Source: Meyerozyma guilliermondii
Lineage: Eukaryota
Direction of reading: 5' to 3'
DNA length: 64,000 bases
NCBI GenBank assembly: GCA_051546255.1
Contig: CP128818.1
Span: 496,001 to 560,000 of the forward strand
Numbering within the stretch: position 1 is the stretch's first letter; every line of letters starts with the position of its first letter. Under the pieces are notes generated by a model. The model did not search any database, was not told the origin of the DNA, and worked only from the letters and a program-made list of their open reading frames with translations. Of the stretch, positions 10,482 through 22,300 are shown piece after piece. The translations under genes were made by a program, and so were the position numbers.

Positions 10482-13226
10482 TTACTTTCTCCTCTTGCTT
10501 GGTCGAGCATTCTTCGCTTTCCGCTTCTCCTTCAACTCTCTAGCTTTTCTAATCTGTTCGGTGCTCCGCAACTCTTGTTGCTGTCCGGGACGGTTGTAGC
10601 CCTTCACAGACACTCCAGCATCAAGAGCCTTCTCCACCTTCTTCTTTTGTTTGTGATAATCGTCTCGGAACTTGTCTGGCATTTTAGGAGCGGCCACTTT
10701 TTTGTGTTTAAATCTTCCATTACTTTTGACTTCTTCTGCTCCGGTTCGAAGTGGCTGGGCATTGCGCAGCTTTCTCCAGTCCTCGTACCGGCCGGAACGG
10801 TAGGTGGCAGGAATCTTTTGTCCACTTTCTCCAATAATGTACTTTTTGTCCGTCGACTGAGAATTGATATACTTGCCCTTCTTTTTGTCCCACCGCATAA
10901 TTTGCTTGTTGGTTTGCGTCTTGTCGTCGTTGTCGAGATCATAGGTTGCTGCTGCTGCCTCGTTGCTGAACGAAGAAAGCTCCAATTGTTTGTCTTGAAT
11001 AACCAGTGCTGGCGCATAATGACTGAGAAAGAACTGTGGATCTCGGTATGTTTTCCTCTTCTTTTTACTCAATGCTTCGTCACCGTCTTCGAAAACCTCG
11101 TCCAAATCCGCCCCGTTGTAATTGTCGTATCCAACCTCTCCGTCACCTTTCAAAATTTCATTTTCGATTCCGTGGGTCAAACCGGCCATTCGCTCTTTTT
11201 CCAAAAGTTGTTTCCGCTCTTTGGCTCTTCGTTGAATAGGAGCTATCTGCCTCCGGCGCTTGTGCATGAACTCCACAAGACTGTCTTCGTCCCGCTGGCC
11301 CTTGTTCCGGAACTCAAACACCGTTTCTTTGACTTTTCTATCTGCGAGCTTGGCGAGAAATTTTTCCTTTTCTTTCTCCAAATTCGCCCCGAAAAGAAGA
11401 TGCTGGTCGTCCCACGCTCCGGTATCCATGATCTCTTTGGCTCTCTTGACCGACTCTTGCGAAGCTGGCTGTCTTGTACGATAATAAAGAATTTCACCTT
11501 TGTTAGCCACATCTCGAATGGTTCGTAACTCGTAGTGGTTGCGCAAAAGATTGTCGCACAACTCTTGCGACGACTCAATGTCCACTCTGGGCGCCAGTCC
11601 TAACACTAGTCTGTCTTTATACGAAACTTCGGGAGCCGACAAACCTTTTTCATGGCATATTTGCACCTTTTTCTCGTGCATCTGGGTCAATAATACCTTT
11701 TTCCCCAAGAAAAGCTCGAGATCAAGAAGATACGGAAGCTCCTTTTCGTTGACGATGCTGTAGGCCCACCCTTTATTACCAGCACGAGCGGTTCTTCCCA
11801 CACGATGAATGAAGATTTTGGATGAGCCAGGAAGCGTATAGTTGACGACATTAGCCAACACTGGGATATCTATACCACGAGCTGCCACATCGGTAACCAC
11901 CAAAATGTTGGTATAGGCTGCTCGAAATTGGTAAAGTTGCTGCTTTCTCGCATGCTGGTCCAAGGTTCCATAAATGTACAGCACAAGGTGACCGGCGTCT
12001 CTGAGAAGCGTAGTAACGTACTCAACATGATGTTTTGTGGGCACGAAAACTATGGTAGAATGCTCAGACGGAAGCCTGTTTGCAGGCGCTGGTTTTTCAA
12101 GCTTTCTCTTTTTCTTTTTCGGCTTCTTTTCTTCGTCACTGTCGTCATCATCTGCTCCTTCTTCAAGTTCTTTCAACTTTTTGATCTGGTCCTGGGTCGC
12201 AAGAGGCATCTTGATCACCTCCAGCAAAATGTACAAAAGATTGGCGTCTCTTTCTGTTCTCTTGGTGGTGAAAAATGCCATTTGCAACTGGTCGGAAATC
12301 TTCGTTTCGGCATCAAGTCGAACCAAAACTGGGTTCGAAAGCCCCGCCTTGGCAAAATCCACAAGCGACCGTGGAAGCGTGGCGGAAAACAAAAGCGATT
12401 GCCGAGACGGAGGAAGTGCCACCAAAAGCTCATTCAACTGCTCGGCAAAACCCATTTCAAATAACCGGTCGGCCTCGTCAAAAACAATATATTCCACTGT
12501 CTTGAGATCAAGGTTCATCTCCACCTTCAAATGAAGAAATCTACCGGGCGTAGCTACCAAAATATCGGGATTGGTCATCATGCTCAGAAACTGGTCTTCG
12601 AGCGAGTCTCCTCCAATGAGCACAATCGACCGCAAATCGGTTCCCTTGGTGAATTCTTTCACCTGCTTGAACGTCTGGAGCGCCAACTCACGCAGCGGCG
12701 ACAATATAACCGCCCGTACTCCTACTTTGGGACTGTGACTCTTGAGCTTCTCAACCACTGGAAGAACAAAAGCGGCGGTTTTTCCCGATCCGGTTCTTGC
12801 CATGCCCACCACGTCTCTGCTTTCCATCACAAGCGGGATGGTCTTACGCTGAATAGGCGTGGGCTGCTTGAACCCCTTTTTGGCGATGTTTTTAAGGAGA
12901 AATTTCGAGAGCCCGAAAGATGCAAACGAACCAGCTTTGGCTTTTGTCGCCTGTAACTTGTTGTTCGAGAAGTACTCGGCTACTTCCGAGGGCCGGGACT
13001 CATCGTCTTCGTCGTCCGAAAGCTCCAAAGACGGAAACGACTCTGGTTTGGTGGAAATCTTGGGTTTTTTGTTTTGCGACGAAGACGACTTTTCTTCGTC
13101 ATCCGAGATGATTTCGTCCTGAATATCGTCCTCGACGTCTTCTCTGCCCGAGGAAACATCAGAGTCTGAATCTGAGCCTGCGTCGAGAGCTAGCGCGTTC
13201 GTGATATCATACTCGTTGTCAGACAT
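10482..13226 (-). CDS. DBP10: DEAD-box RNA helicase, 60S biogenesis
   Basis: PTPIQ, ARTGSGKT, DEAD, SAT and HRVGRTAR motifs, plus the DBP10 C-terminal WDKKKGKY...ESGQKIPATY. Confidence 0.96.
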   Translation of the reverse strand: MSDNEYDITNALALDAGSDSDSDVSSGREDVEDDIQDEIISDDEEKSSSSQNKKPKISTKPESFPSLELSDDEDDESRPSEVAEYFSNNKLQATKAKAGSFASFGLSKFLLKNIAKKGFKQPTPIQRKTIPLVMESRDVVGMARTGSGKTAAFVLPVVEKLKSHSPKVGVRAVILSPLRELALQTFKQVKEFTKGTDLRSIVLIGGDSLEDQFLSMMTNPDILVATPGRFLHLKVEMNLDLKTVEYIVFDEADRLFEMGFAEQLNELLVALPPSRQSLLFSATLPRSLVDFAKAGLSNPVLVRLDAETKISDQLQMAFFTTKRTERDANLLYILLEVIKMPLATQDQIKKLKELEEGADDDDSDEEKKPKKKKRKLEKPAPANRLPSEHSTIVFVPTKHHVEYVTTLLRDAGHLVLYIYGTLDQHARKQQLYQFRAAYTNILVVTDVAARGIDIPVLANVVNYTLPGSSKIFIHRVGRTARAGNKGWAYSIVNEKELPYLLDLELFLGKKVLLTQMHEKKVQICHEKGLSAPEVSYKDRLVLGLAPRVDIESSQELCDNLLRNHYELRTIRDVANKGEILYYRTRQPASQESVKRAKEIMDTGAWDDQHLLFGANLEKEKEKFLAKLADRKVKETVFEFRNKGQRDEDSLVEFMHKRRRQIAPIQRRAKERKQLLEKERMAGLTHGIENEILKGDGEVGYDNYNGADLDEVFEDGDEALSKKKRKTYRDPQFFLSHYAPALVIQDKQLELSSFSNEAAAATYDLDNDDKTQTNKQIMRWDKKKGKYINSQSTDKKYIIGESGQKIPATYRSGRYEDWRKLRNAQPLRTGAEEVKSNGRFKHKKVAAPKMPDKFRDDYHKQKKKVEKALDAGVSVKGYNRPGQQQELRSTEQIRKARELKEKRKAKNARPSKRRK

Positions 13227-13248
13227 CAGGTTGTCTTCTGAGGAAGTC

Positions 13249-13265
13249 GCGATGAGCTTGATGAG
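13249..13265. promoter_or_regulatory. Tandem PAC elements of DBP10
   Basis: GCGATGAG (13249-13256) and GATGAG (13260-13265). Confidence 0.7.
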
Positions 13266-13338
13266 ATGGACTGCAGATAGGCAACAACCTCGATTTTACT
13301 AGCTAAACTATATTGAGTAATCTAATTGTTCACCTTCT

Positions 13339-14904
13339 TTAATTGTGCAATCTCTTTTCGTACGAGTGCAATCCATGGACTCCCCCCTCCAATTGAGCTG
13401 AGGTGGTTCTGAACTCAAATCTGACCTCGCCAGAATCAACCTTTGTTCTCAAGTCCTCAATCGACTGAATACCAATGTCTTGTAAAGAATGTTGCAAGCC
13501 ATTGTACAAGTACGGAATGAACGTGGTGATTGATCCCTTGTCCACAACAGCACCAGCAACTCCCTGAGCCACAAAAACCTTGTCGGACTCCGAAAAGTAT
13601 CGAGAACTGGAAGCATTGGCTGAAGTTCCAGTTTGTTGCATAGCATCAATTGAGCCCATTCCTCGGTACGATTTCAACCGTTGGCCGTCTCTGTAAAAGT
13701 ACAGACCAGGTGTTTCGGCAGTACCAGCCAATAAACCTCCCATCATGACACACGAAGCACCTAGAGCCAATGCTTTGGTGATGTGCCCAATGTTACCAAT
13801 TCCTCCATCGGCAATACAAGGAATACCAAATTGGTTAGCAAACTCGCTAACGTTGTAGACAGCAGTTCCCTGAGGTCTACCACAAGCCATCACTTCTTGG
13901 GTGATGCAAATCGATCCGGAACCCATTCCAATTTTCAAAGCATCGGCCCCAGCTTCAATCAACAAAGCAGCTTGGTCTCTCGTCACAACGTTACCAGCGA
14001 TCACCTGCAAGTCTGGATACTTTGATTTGATCCACTTGAGCATATTGATTTGGAAAACTGACGATCCATTGGATGAGTCAATGACAACCACATCCAAACC
14101 AGCATCCACCAATTTCTCCAATCTTCCCCTGTCGGCATCCATAGTTCCAATTGACGCACCACACAACAACTGCTTGGAGTCAAACGACTTGGACGCAAGA
14201 GGATAAGTTTGGTTTTTTTGCAAATCTGTCAAAGAGATCATTGAAACCAAATTACCTTTGCCGTCGACAATAGGTAATTTTCCCTTCTTGGAGCTTCTCA
14301 ACAACTGATTACCCTCGCTCAATGTGATGCCCTTCTTGCCTGTAATCAAGTCAGAAGTCATCACTTCCGAAACTGAAATGTCAAGGTTATCCTGGAACTG
14401 AACATCACGCAGGGTAACAATACCCACCAATTTTCCGCCAACTTTACCAGTATCAGTTACAGGAAATGAAGTGAAACCCATGGTTGCCTTCATTTGTTTC
14501 ACTTCACGCACAGAAACCTCGGGAGAAATCACAACTGGGTCACTGATGAACCCGTTCTCGTACTTTTTCACCCTTCTAACCATTTCAGCTTGTTCATCAG
14601 GAGAACAGTTGTGATGAATAATTCCAATACCTCCCAATAAAGCCATGTGAATGGCCATATTTTCCTCTGTGACGGTGTCCATCGGAGCTGAAATGAATGG
14701 CGATTTCAACGTGATCTTCTTGGTGAGCTTGGCTTCCAAAGAAACATTAGAAGACGCAAATTGAATTAATCCAGGCAACACCAAAAAATCGTTATAAGTC
14801 AAACCACCGAAATTTTTCGAGTCGACCAAACTTTTGATATCCAAGCCGTCCTTGAAAGCGTATTGTTTGAGGTGAGCAGTAGCAGAAGAGAAATCTAAAA
14901 CCAT
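13339..14904 (-). CDS. IMH3: Inosine-5'-monophosphate dehydrogenase, intronless, predicted mycophenolate-resistant type
   Basis: 521 aa with GLTYNDF, PMDTVTE, a CBS pair, catalytic loop [11 protein letters not shown] and YRGMGS. Ser at position 251. Confidence 0.97.
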   Translation of the reverse strand: MVLDFSSATAHLKQYAFKDGLDIKSLVDSKNFGGLTYNDFLVLPGLIQFASSNVSLEAKLTKKITLKSPFISAPMDTVTEENMAIHMALLGGIGIIHHNCSPDEQAEMVRRVKKYENGFISDPVVISPEVSVREVKQMKATMGFTSFPVTDTGKVGGKLVGIVTLRDVQFQDNLDISVSEVMTSDLITGKKGITLSEGNQLLRSSKKGKLPIVDGKGNLVSMISLTDLQKNQTYPLASKSFDSKQLLCGASIGTMDADRGRLEKLVDAGLDVVVIDSSNGSSVFQINMLKWIKSKYPDLQVIAGNVVTRDQAALLIEAGADALKIGMGSGSICITQEVMACGRPQGTAVYNVSEFANQFGIPCIADGGIGNIGHITKALALGASCVMMGGLLAGTAETPGLYFYRDGQRLKSYRGMGSIDAMQQTGTSANASSSRYFSESDKVFVAQGVAGAVVDKGSITTFIPYLYNGLQHSLQDIGIQSIEDLRTKVDSGEVRFEFRTTSAQLEGGVHGLHSYEKRLHN

Positions 14905-16024
14905 TTTAATTTAGGGGTTACACAAGTGGGCAGCCAGTGCCAAGAAAATAAGCTGCGAAAACGCTGCTTTTATAGTGAGATGCGACGTCCAAACACCACA
15001 TATAGACGGAGATTGGCGGGAGTTAGGCGGAGATTAAGTCAACTGTGAGAAGGTGAAAAAGTCAAATGAGATTGAAAATGGAAGACAAGATAAATGTGAG
15101 GTGGGAGCAGAAGGAAAATACTGATATTTGGCTCTTATAGCACTGAGAATTAAATATTTCAAACATGCTGATTTATTTATATGCAGGACCGATACGTAGA
15201 GTCGGTCAGAGTCACCATAGTGATTTCTTCAAAAATGAATTAGTGAAGTAGAATCATGTTTAAGAAAGGAACTGGGAGGAACGCTTAATGATAGAGACGT
15301 CCCGGCTTTAAAGATGAGGTAATAATCTCATTTTCATAATTTATAAAATTTGCAAAATTACAGTTTCTGGATGAAAGAAGAAGCTGAAAAAAGACTTTAT
15401 GGACTATGTAATATAAAGGAACCGATTATTCACGACTTTGAGGAACCAAAAGAAGCCATTTACGTCCTTTTCGAAGCAATACATCAAAATAAATTTTGGT
15501 TGCAATTTGCAGCCATTTTTGAATCTTCGCAAGTATAAGCGAGATGCTGGAATTGGCATTCTTGAAGAATGATGGAATAGCAACTTTTAGCTCGATTTTA
15601 AGGATTTTGAGGGAAGTGGTAGATACTACGTTCAAATGTGAACATCTGGTTTCACTAAGAAAGTGATTGTCGCTGTATTCGAAAAGTATACTACAACGAC
15701 AAGATATACTTCAGACCGAGTATCTATCATCTAATTCAGTGTGCTGAAAAGCAAGTGTAAACTGCAAAGCTTCAAAGCAAGTTGATCCGATTTGAACCAT
15801 CTTAAACCGTTTATGTTGGCGAATGTGAATCAGTTATCGCAACTGTAGACTCGAAAAGACTAATCCAAAAAAATCTCAAGCTAGTAGATGAAATTTTTGT
15901 AGGTTATGGGGCCCAGTGTATCATATTATCTTCTTCAGAGACAACTCATGACCACGAGCTGACATAATTTCAAATTCGGCCATTTTTCACGAGCCATATT
16001 AGATGACTCAAAAAAGACTTTCAA

Positions 16025-16152
16025 TCCACTGTTCCTCTTCTTGAATGGCCCTCGGAACCTCGTTATAATGTTTCCACTGTTCCTCTCCATTGAATGGCCA
16101 GGGCCACGTTATGATGTTTTCACTGTTTACCCTTCGACAATGACCCTCAGAA
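16025..16152. repeat. Degenerate tandem repeat, about 47 bp unit, about 2.7 copies
   Basis: TCCACTGTTCCTCT..TTGAATGGCC...CGTTAT.ATGTT occurs twice plus a decayed third copy, directly after the APS1 stop. Confidence 0.8.
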
Positions 16153-16156
16153 GCGG

Positions 16157-16618
16157 CTACGCAAGAATATTGTCAAACTCATCCATGTTTTCCAACTCAT
16201 CTTGCTGAGCCACCCTTCGCAAAACCTCCTTCTTCAGACTCTCCTGAACATACCCGTCAAGCAACAACTCGTCTAGTATATGATATGCCTTGTCAAAGCC
16301 AAAAATAATATCCAATTCACACACGTTTCCAAACAGTTTATCCATCTGTTCCACGAATCTATGGATGGTTTCCAACGCCAAGAGCTCATTATCGCTCAGA
16401 TCTATGCCCACAATGAAAAACAACGAAGCATACCTCCTATATACAACTTTAAAATCTTTGTATTCCAACACGTTGCACATCTTTGCTCGGCGTGATAAGA
16501 TCAAAGTGGTGAGCTCACGAGTTATTTTGGTCTTCTCCTTCTGTGATATAGTCTGGTACCATTTTGTCAAACGAAGCTTGCCTTGGCGTGAAAGCAACAA
16601 GAGAAATTGCACGGCCAT
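16157..16618 (-). CDS. APS1: AP-1 adaptor sigma subunit
   Basis: [25 protein letters not shown] and [11 protein letters not shown] motifs. Homology begins at ATG 16618. Confidence 0.93.
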   Translation of the reverse strand: MAVQFLLLLSRQGKLRLTKWYQTISQKEKTKITRELTTLILSRRAKMCNVLEYKDFKVVYRRYASLFFIVGIDLSDNELLALETIHRFVEQMDKLFGNVCELDIIFGFDKAYHILDELLLDGYVQESLKKEVLRRVAQQDELENMDEFDNILA

Positions 16619-16821
16619 GGTATAAATAGTTGTTGGCGACTTTTGAATTTGAGATACGCGCTGGTGCATGGATGTATTTGGTAGATGCAAATGTATATAG
16701 TGGTCATAGAGTCCTAGCGGCGGCCGCCGCGAATGGCACGAGAAGCCGTGCAGTCCAGCATCGGTCTTCTTCTGATGATTTTTTTGGTTTTGATCTGATT
16801 TTGATCTGATTTTGATTCCGC

Positions 16822-18639
16822 CTACTCCAACAAGTGTTCTGTATCAGAGAGATACTTGAGATGGACGTTGATTTCCTGGCAAAGGTCGTCGTGACTGACA
16901 GCAGAAAACGTTTCAAACTTGATGTTGAGCTCACAGAGCAAATGGCGCATATTTTTGTACATGACCATTTCAAAGTCAACGCCGGTTTTCAAGCGCATGG
17001 AAGTGCCATAGAGCCGAAACCGCTTGCCGTCCTCGTCGAAAATCTTGTTTTCTGTCTTTAGAATCCAAGGGTCAAGCTTGGGAAAATTGGCGTGGAGAAA
17101 TAAAAGTTTTGGTTCTTTTTCCTTTACCGAAGTTTTTTGTGCGAGTGCTCTTTTGTAGTCGTCCACTGGATCAAATTGGCCCATTCCGGTACCCACAAAT
17201 TGTTTGTTATTGTCAATGTATCCCAAGGCATTCAAAAATTTTGCAACCTGGTAAAATGGCTTGTTCAAGGCACATGTTGCAGCCAAAAAAGTTTCCTTGT
17301 CGCCTTCGCCATCTGAACCTTGCAGGAAAAGAGGATAAAAATGAGTAGGACCATAAATATTGTAGTAGAGAGCCAAGATTAGTGCTTGCATATGAGACGA
17401 CTTGCTGATCATCAACTGGCCTGATTCCGATGTGGGGTCAGGTATAGCTCCTTTTCTTTGGTGCAACGGTACTGACTTCAAATCAAGCGGCGAGTTGACA
17501 AAAGGAATGTCTTCGTATTTTCCTGCCACTTCGTCGTAACGAGGATGTAGTTGTGTTTGGCTAACTTGGATTCCTGCTATTTGGTAGTAGGCCGGTGAAA
17601 CTGTGCGTTTCCAGAAATCGGGCCAAACGATGAATCCGTTGTTTGTAAATGGTTTTTCCGTGAACAAATGGTCGGGGTTTCCTACAGGAATGTTGTCACC
17701 ATCGAGCAACAAGACATTTTCAAAACTCAGTACCATGATTGCCAACGCCTTGTATTGGTAGCCTTTGAACTTGAACTTGGAAACCGCGCTCGTTCCGTCG
17801 TCGCTGCTGAGCATATACGGCAAAAAGATACAACGAGCGCCAAGAGCAGGAAAAATATTCATGCACAAGTCGGGTTCGTACTCGTCGAGCTTTGGAATCA
17901 CGATTTCAATAGGAAGTTTACACCCTGTTTCACGAAGCTGCTTGATCGATAGCATCGCAAGCCAGTTGTACTTTCCACCACCAACGTATACGATTCCATT
18001 GCCCAGATATAGCCCTTCAGGAGCGTGGTCTGGGATGTTGGTGACAGCATACAAATGCGACTGTTGCATCGACCGTTGTTCTTCATCGGTCAATTGCAAG
18101 AACAGCCCCAAATAATCTTCGCTGAAAACAATATCATCGGCAAGCTCTTCCTCTCGCGTGGTGTACCGAGCATGGTAAATTCTTTCTTCGGTGCGGTACC
18201 GATCCAATTGTTCAACTGACGGAGCTCCTTCGGCCAAAACCGAAAAAACCTTATCGTAAAAATCCCGTCCCAAATTCAATCGCTGATGGTTCTCGTCCAC
18301 CTTGCGGTGCATGCTTTCTATGGTGGAGAGTTTTTCCGCGGTCGAAACGGCGCCAACTCCCATAGCCACTTCCGGAGAAAGGTGCACCTGGCTTCCATCT
18401 TTTCCTGGTCTTGTGGCAGCATCCGTACGAAAATACGGGACGGTTTTGTCCTTTGGACGGCTGCTTTTGCGCCAAAGTCGTGAAAAAACATCGTGGACAT
18501 CATAATCAGAAACAATCACCGACGGGGATCCCGAATCACCTAGTTTGCGCCCAGCCACAAACACCACCAAAACAATCACCACGAGCCATAATACCAACGA
18601 GTAACGTTTCTTCTGACGTCGAGGTATTCGCAATGCCAT
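16822..18639 (-). CDS. MNN2-family alpha-1,2-mannosyltransferase (GT71)
   Basis: N-terminal TM anchor, [32 protein letters not shown] and GEGDKETF. The paralog is not resolved. Confidence 0.92.
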   Translation of the reverse strand: MALRIPRRQKKRYSLVLWLVVIVLVVFVAGRKLGDSGSPSVIVSDYDVHDVFSRLWRKSSRPKDKTVPYFRTDAATRPGKDGSQVHLSPEVAMGVGAVSTAEKLSTIESMHRKVDENHQRLNLGRDFYDKVFSVLAEGAPSVEQLDRYRTEERIYHARYTTREEELADDIVFSEDYLGLFLQLTDEEQRSMQQSHLYAVTNIPDHAPEGLYLGNGIVYVGGGKYNWLAMLSIKQLRETGCKLPIEIVIPKLDEYEPDLCMNIFPALGARCIFLPYMLSSDDGTSAVSKFKFKGYQYKALAIMVLSFENVLLLDGDNIPVGNPDHLFTEKPFTNNGFIVWPDFWKRTVSPAYYQIAGIQVSQTQLHPRYDEVAGKYEDIPFVNSPLDLKSVPLHQRKGAIPDPTSESGQLMISKSSHMQALILALYYNIYGPTHFYPLFLQGSDGEGDKETFLAATCALNKPFYQVAKFLNALGYIDNNKQFVGTGMGQFDPVDDYKRALAQKTSVKEKEPKLLFLHANFPKLDPWILKTENKIFDEDGKRFRLYGTSMRLKTGVDFEMVMYKNMRHLLCELNIKFETFSAVSHDDLCQEINVHLKYLSDTEHLLE

Positions 18640-18799
18640 ATTTGGTAACAAAATTATTGCATTCCCCAGATCGGCGAATAAATGTGATATTCGTGGTAGT
18701 TTTTTAATGGCACCTCCACATGGAACAATCGCCAGTTACATAATCGCAGTTACATAAGCTGCGCGCGACAGGCTATTTTTTTTTAGACCGCGGAAATTT

Positions 18800-19921
18800 T
18801 CAGCGAAGAAGCTGAAGAAAGTGGCCGGTGCAACTTTGATAAGTGAACGTAAAATCGGACTCTGGATCGCACACGCACCGGTTGCGGTTTCTAAAGGTGG
18901 TGCTTTGCGGACATTGGGTGTACGGCAGGTGGCGGTAGCCTAGATCGAACCAATATATCTCGTGCGGCTCAAGCAACCACAGCACTGCGAGAGTATGCAC
19001 GGGCGCGTCTCCCCATCGCTCGTAAAAAAAACCACCGGTAGAGTCCAAGTATTGGAAGAGTTCATCGTAATCCGGGTTGGCAAAGAGCGACACCTCGGCG
19101 ATTTCGAAATTCGACCAAAAATGGCAGAGGTTGTAGGATTTGTCTGGATTTTGCACGAAATCTAGCAGCTTTCCCTTTCCTTTGATATAGCTCAAGAAAT
19201 GATTCCAGAGGGTAGGAATGGTATCGCTGTATTCAAACATTGAAATGGCAAATCCGTACCTTTTTCCTGTGGTTCGCATCACATAAAAAGGGTCCTCATT
19301 AATGTCGCACAAAAATTCCACATCCGGTTCCACGCGCCAGTAATACCGGTATTGCATCACCAACGGATGCCTGTAAAAAAAACCCAGGTAAAATCGACAC
19401 ATGTGGCGGTACGATTCCGACTCGGCATAAAGTACGTTTTTTGCAGCCAATTGTTCGCGCATGTGCCGTGCATGGTCTAGATCCACCCAGTCGGGATATG
19501 ACCAATGCAGCTTGGCCACTTTGCCAAAACTAATTCGGCCGCCACGGATAAAACTGGTCACGCTGGTTATAAAATGGCCATCGAATCTTTCATCGTTTAA
19601 AAAAACCCAATCATAATTGTATCGATCATTAAACCGGTCCTGCACATTCTGAATGGTTTTCAATATATCGTAAACTTCGTAATTTCTACACAAGACGAGA
19701 AACGTTGCATTCTCACGTGTTTTGCCATCAATTGGTTTTTCTACTATGAACGTGATTTCTTCGTCTTTTCGAAAATCGGGATCTAGCGTTTCGTTGATGT
19801 TGGCGAGATCATCTATCTTGAAATGTTGGATTTGATTTAATTGGATTTTGGGGTTTTGGAAATAAAGAAGAAGCGGAAGAAACAAAATCAACGCATTTGC
19901 CACCAAAGTCCACCGAATCAT
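18800..19921 (-). CDS. KRE2/KTR-family mannosyltransferase (GT15)
   Basis: RENATF, YDWVFLND, SYRHMCRF, YYWRVEP, YNLCHFWSNFEI and GGFFYERWGDAPVH motifs. Confidence 0.94.
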   Translation of the reverse strand: MIRWTLVANALILFLPLLLYFQNPKIQLNQIQHFKIDDLANINETLDPDFRKDEEITFIVEKPIDGKTRENATFLVLCRNYEVYDILKTIQNVQDRFNDRYNYDWVFLNDERFDGHFITSVTSFIRGGRISFGKVAKLHWSYPDWVDLDHARHMREQLAAKNVLYAESESYRHMCRFYLGFFYRHPLVMQYRYYWRVEPDVEFLCDINEDPFYVMRTTGKRYGFAISMFEYSDTIPTLWNHFLSYIKGKGKLLDFVQNPDKSYNLCHFWSNFEIAEVSLFANPDYDELFQYLDSTGGFFYERWGDAPVHTLAVLWLLEPHEIYWFDLGYRHLPYTQCPQSTTFRNRNRCVCDPESDFTFTYQSCTGHFLQLLR

Positions 19922-20386
19922 CGACTGTGTGCATCGCGTTGCTAGAAGATGGCATTTGGATGTGGTGTTTGGCTGTAATGTGTGGATGTGATATTTTGTG
20001 GTGGATGCGGCGGTGCGGGGAGCTGCAGGTGTCGGCCACGATGCTGGTGTTTGGAGGCGCAGCGTATCTGGTGTGGGGATGTATCAGCCACCTTGCAGTA
20101 TGCTAGCCACGTTTCCGGCCTTTTGGTGAATATTGCTCAAGAAGATACAAACCGCAATTGTTTACAAGTTTAGACAACAATCTCCCAAACTTTTCATTAA
20201 TTTTTTTTGTTTTATTGCATTGGAGATTTTTAGTGGTATCCGCGATTTTCACACAATTTTAACTGATCATCGAACACTGCTCGCAAAAACAACACCTGCA
20301 GAGGATTGCATTTTTGAAGCAAACAAGCTATTCAAACGTTTGATGCATAAACCTACCGGAAGTGGTGTAACACAAGTATCCTTGAT

Positions 20387-22300
20387 ATGGATGTTGCAGT
20401 AAATGACCGGAATGAACGGGATGAAGTTCCTGTTGTCACAGGTCGGAAGGCTGCAAGATCTTTACGATTATTCCGAGGAGATGGCAGCGCCGCATTAGAG
20501 ACATTAATCGATAATACCGACGATCATACGGAACGATCGCCGATAAAAGACCCATTGCATGCCGATGACTCGGTTGTTGACGTCGATACGCCAACTGTTC
20601 CCGAAAATGGACCGAGTGAACTTAATCCGGTATCATCAGCTACATATTTCCCGCATCATACCGAGCGTACCAATATGGCGCGGTCCGGGTCGGTGACGCA
20701 ACATTTGACTGCCGATTTGGAATTCGACCATTCCGGTGCGTCAATTACCAAGATCCAAAAACGGCCCACCGATTTGACAACAAAACTTGGGAATGTAAGG
20801 ATCGATGATTTGCGTAAACCGGAGAAAAAAGTTTCGTTTTCCGAGGATCTGAATTCACAGCAACCTTTGGAAACCGAGGTTTTTCCATTAGCGGTAGAAT
20901 TACGACCTTTCAAAAATAAAGTTGGCGGCCATACAGCAATCTTCCGGTTCTCACGCCGGGCGGTATGCAAGGCACTTGTCAACCGGGAAAATTTGTGGTA
21001 TGAAACCATCGAGGTTCGACATCCGGAACTTTTAAAGTTTGTCCCGAAATACATCGGCGTTCTCAACGTGCGCTACTCCAGCATTATATCAGAAGATGAC
21101 AATACTCAACCAGCCTATAAAGAATCCTCGGAAGACGATGATTTGCCCCCGGAAGTTGTTCTCCACGACAATCGTCATATCATTCCGGAACTTTTATGGA
21201 AAAAATATTCAAGTTCTGCACCATCACCGACCGCATCTTATTTGGGAGACACACCACCGGTTCTATCCAGCATGTCCGAGCACAACACGCCGCACCACGC
21301 TGCAGTGCAAGATGAGGACCCTCGGAATTCCAATGTCGGGTCGACGTCCGTCAACACAGACTTGCAGGTAGAGGTGCTTCTGGAGGTGTTTCAGCCGCGC
21401 AGAGCGAGTAACGATCACGACAACATTTTTACTATGGACGACTACGACGAAAAACGGCGCGAATCTACGGTTTCTACAGACGGTCCCAAATTGCGCAAAC
21501 ATACGCGATTCGAGAGGTATTTGTTGCTAGAGGACTTGACGGCAGATATGGCAAAGCCATGTGTTCTCGACTTGAAAATGGGAACCCGTCAATATGGAGT
21601 GGAAGCCAGCGCTGAAAAACAACGGCTGCAACGTCTTAAATGCTCGCAAACAACGTCGCGAGACTTGGGTGTGCGGGTGTGCGGACTTCAAGTTTGGAAT
21701 CGCGCTAGTGAAAAATTCTTTGTGCGCGACAAGTATTTTGGCCGCAAAGTGCGAAAAGGGCCAGATTTTTGTAAAATATTATCCAAATTTTTGTATGATG
21801 GTCGACTGATTTATTCAGTAGTGAAACAAATTCCGCACGTGATCGACCAGTTACAGCAACTTTATCGAATTTTCGAAAATCTTGTGGGGTACCGGATGTA
21901 CGGACTGTCAATTCTTTTGATGTATGACGGTCTACCATCAGACGGTGATAATCCCATCAAGGTTCGAATAATCGATTTTGCCCAGTCGGTGATTGGCGGT
22001 GACTTTACGATAAAAACCGCCAATGTACCACCCAAACACCCACTGATGCCAGACAACGGTTACTTACGAGGGCTCCGGTCACTTATTGAGTATTTTGGGA
22101 TTATCTACAATATTTTAGTGGGGAACCACGTTGCCAGTGTGGCCGAAATGGGCCGGCAGTTGGCGGCAAACCGAACCAAATTGGAGCAGGAGAGCAACCG
22201 GTGGATCGCTGCATATGGCGAAGAAGAACCGGTTCAGGAACGCAATGACCCATTTGAGCGCGCATATCCTGACAATGACGACGAGGAGGTGTCAGACTAA
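20387..22300 (+). CDS. KCS1: Inositol hexakisphosphate kinase
   Basis: GRKAARSLRLF, VELRPFKNKVGGHT, PCVLDLKMGTRQYG, (S)SIL and IIDFA motifs. Confidence 0.93.
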   Translation: MDVAVNDRNERDEVPVVTGRKAARSLRLFRGDGSAALETLIDNTDDHTERSPIKDPLHADDSVVDVDTPTVPENGPSELNPVSSATYFPHHTERTNMARSGSVTQHLTADLEFDHSGASITKIQKRPTDLTTKLGNVRIDDLRKPEKKVSFSEDLNSQQPLETEVFPLAVELRPFKNKVGGHTAIFRFSRRAVCKALVNRENLWYETIEVRHPELLKFVPKYIGVLNVRYSSIISEDDNTQPAYKESSEDDDLPPEVVLHDNRHIIPELLWKKYSSSAPSPTASYLGDTPPVLSSMSEHNTPHHAAVQDEDPRNSNVGSTSVNTDLQVEVLLEVFQPRRASNDHDNIFTMDDYDEKRRESTVSTDGPKLRKHTRFERYLLLEDLTADMAKPCVLDLKMGTRQYGVEASAEKQRLQRLKCSQTTSRDLGVRVCGLQVWNRASEKFFVRDKYFGRKVRKGPDFCKILSKFLYDGRLIYSVVKQIPHVIDQLQQLYRIFENLVGYRMYGLSILLMYDGLPSDGDNPIKVRIIDFAQSVIGGDFTIKTANVPPKHPLMPDNGYLRGLRSLIEYFGIIYNILVGNHVASVAEMGRQLAANRTKLEQESNRWIAAYGEEEPVQERNDPFERAYPDNDDEEVSD

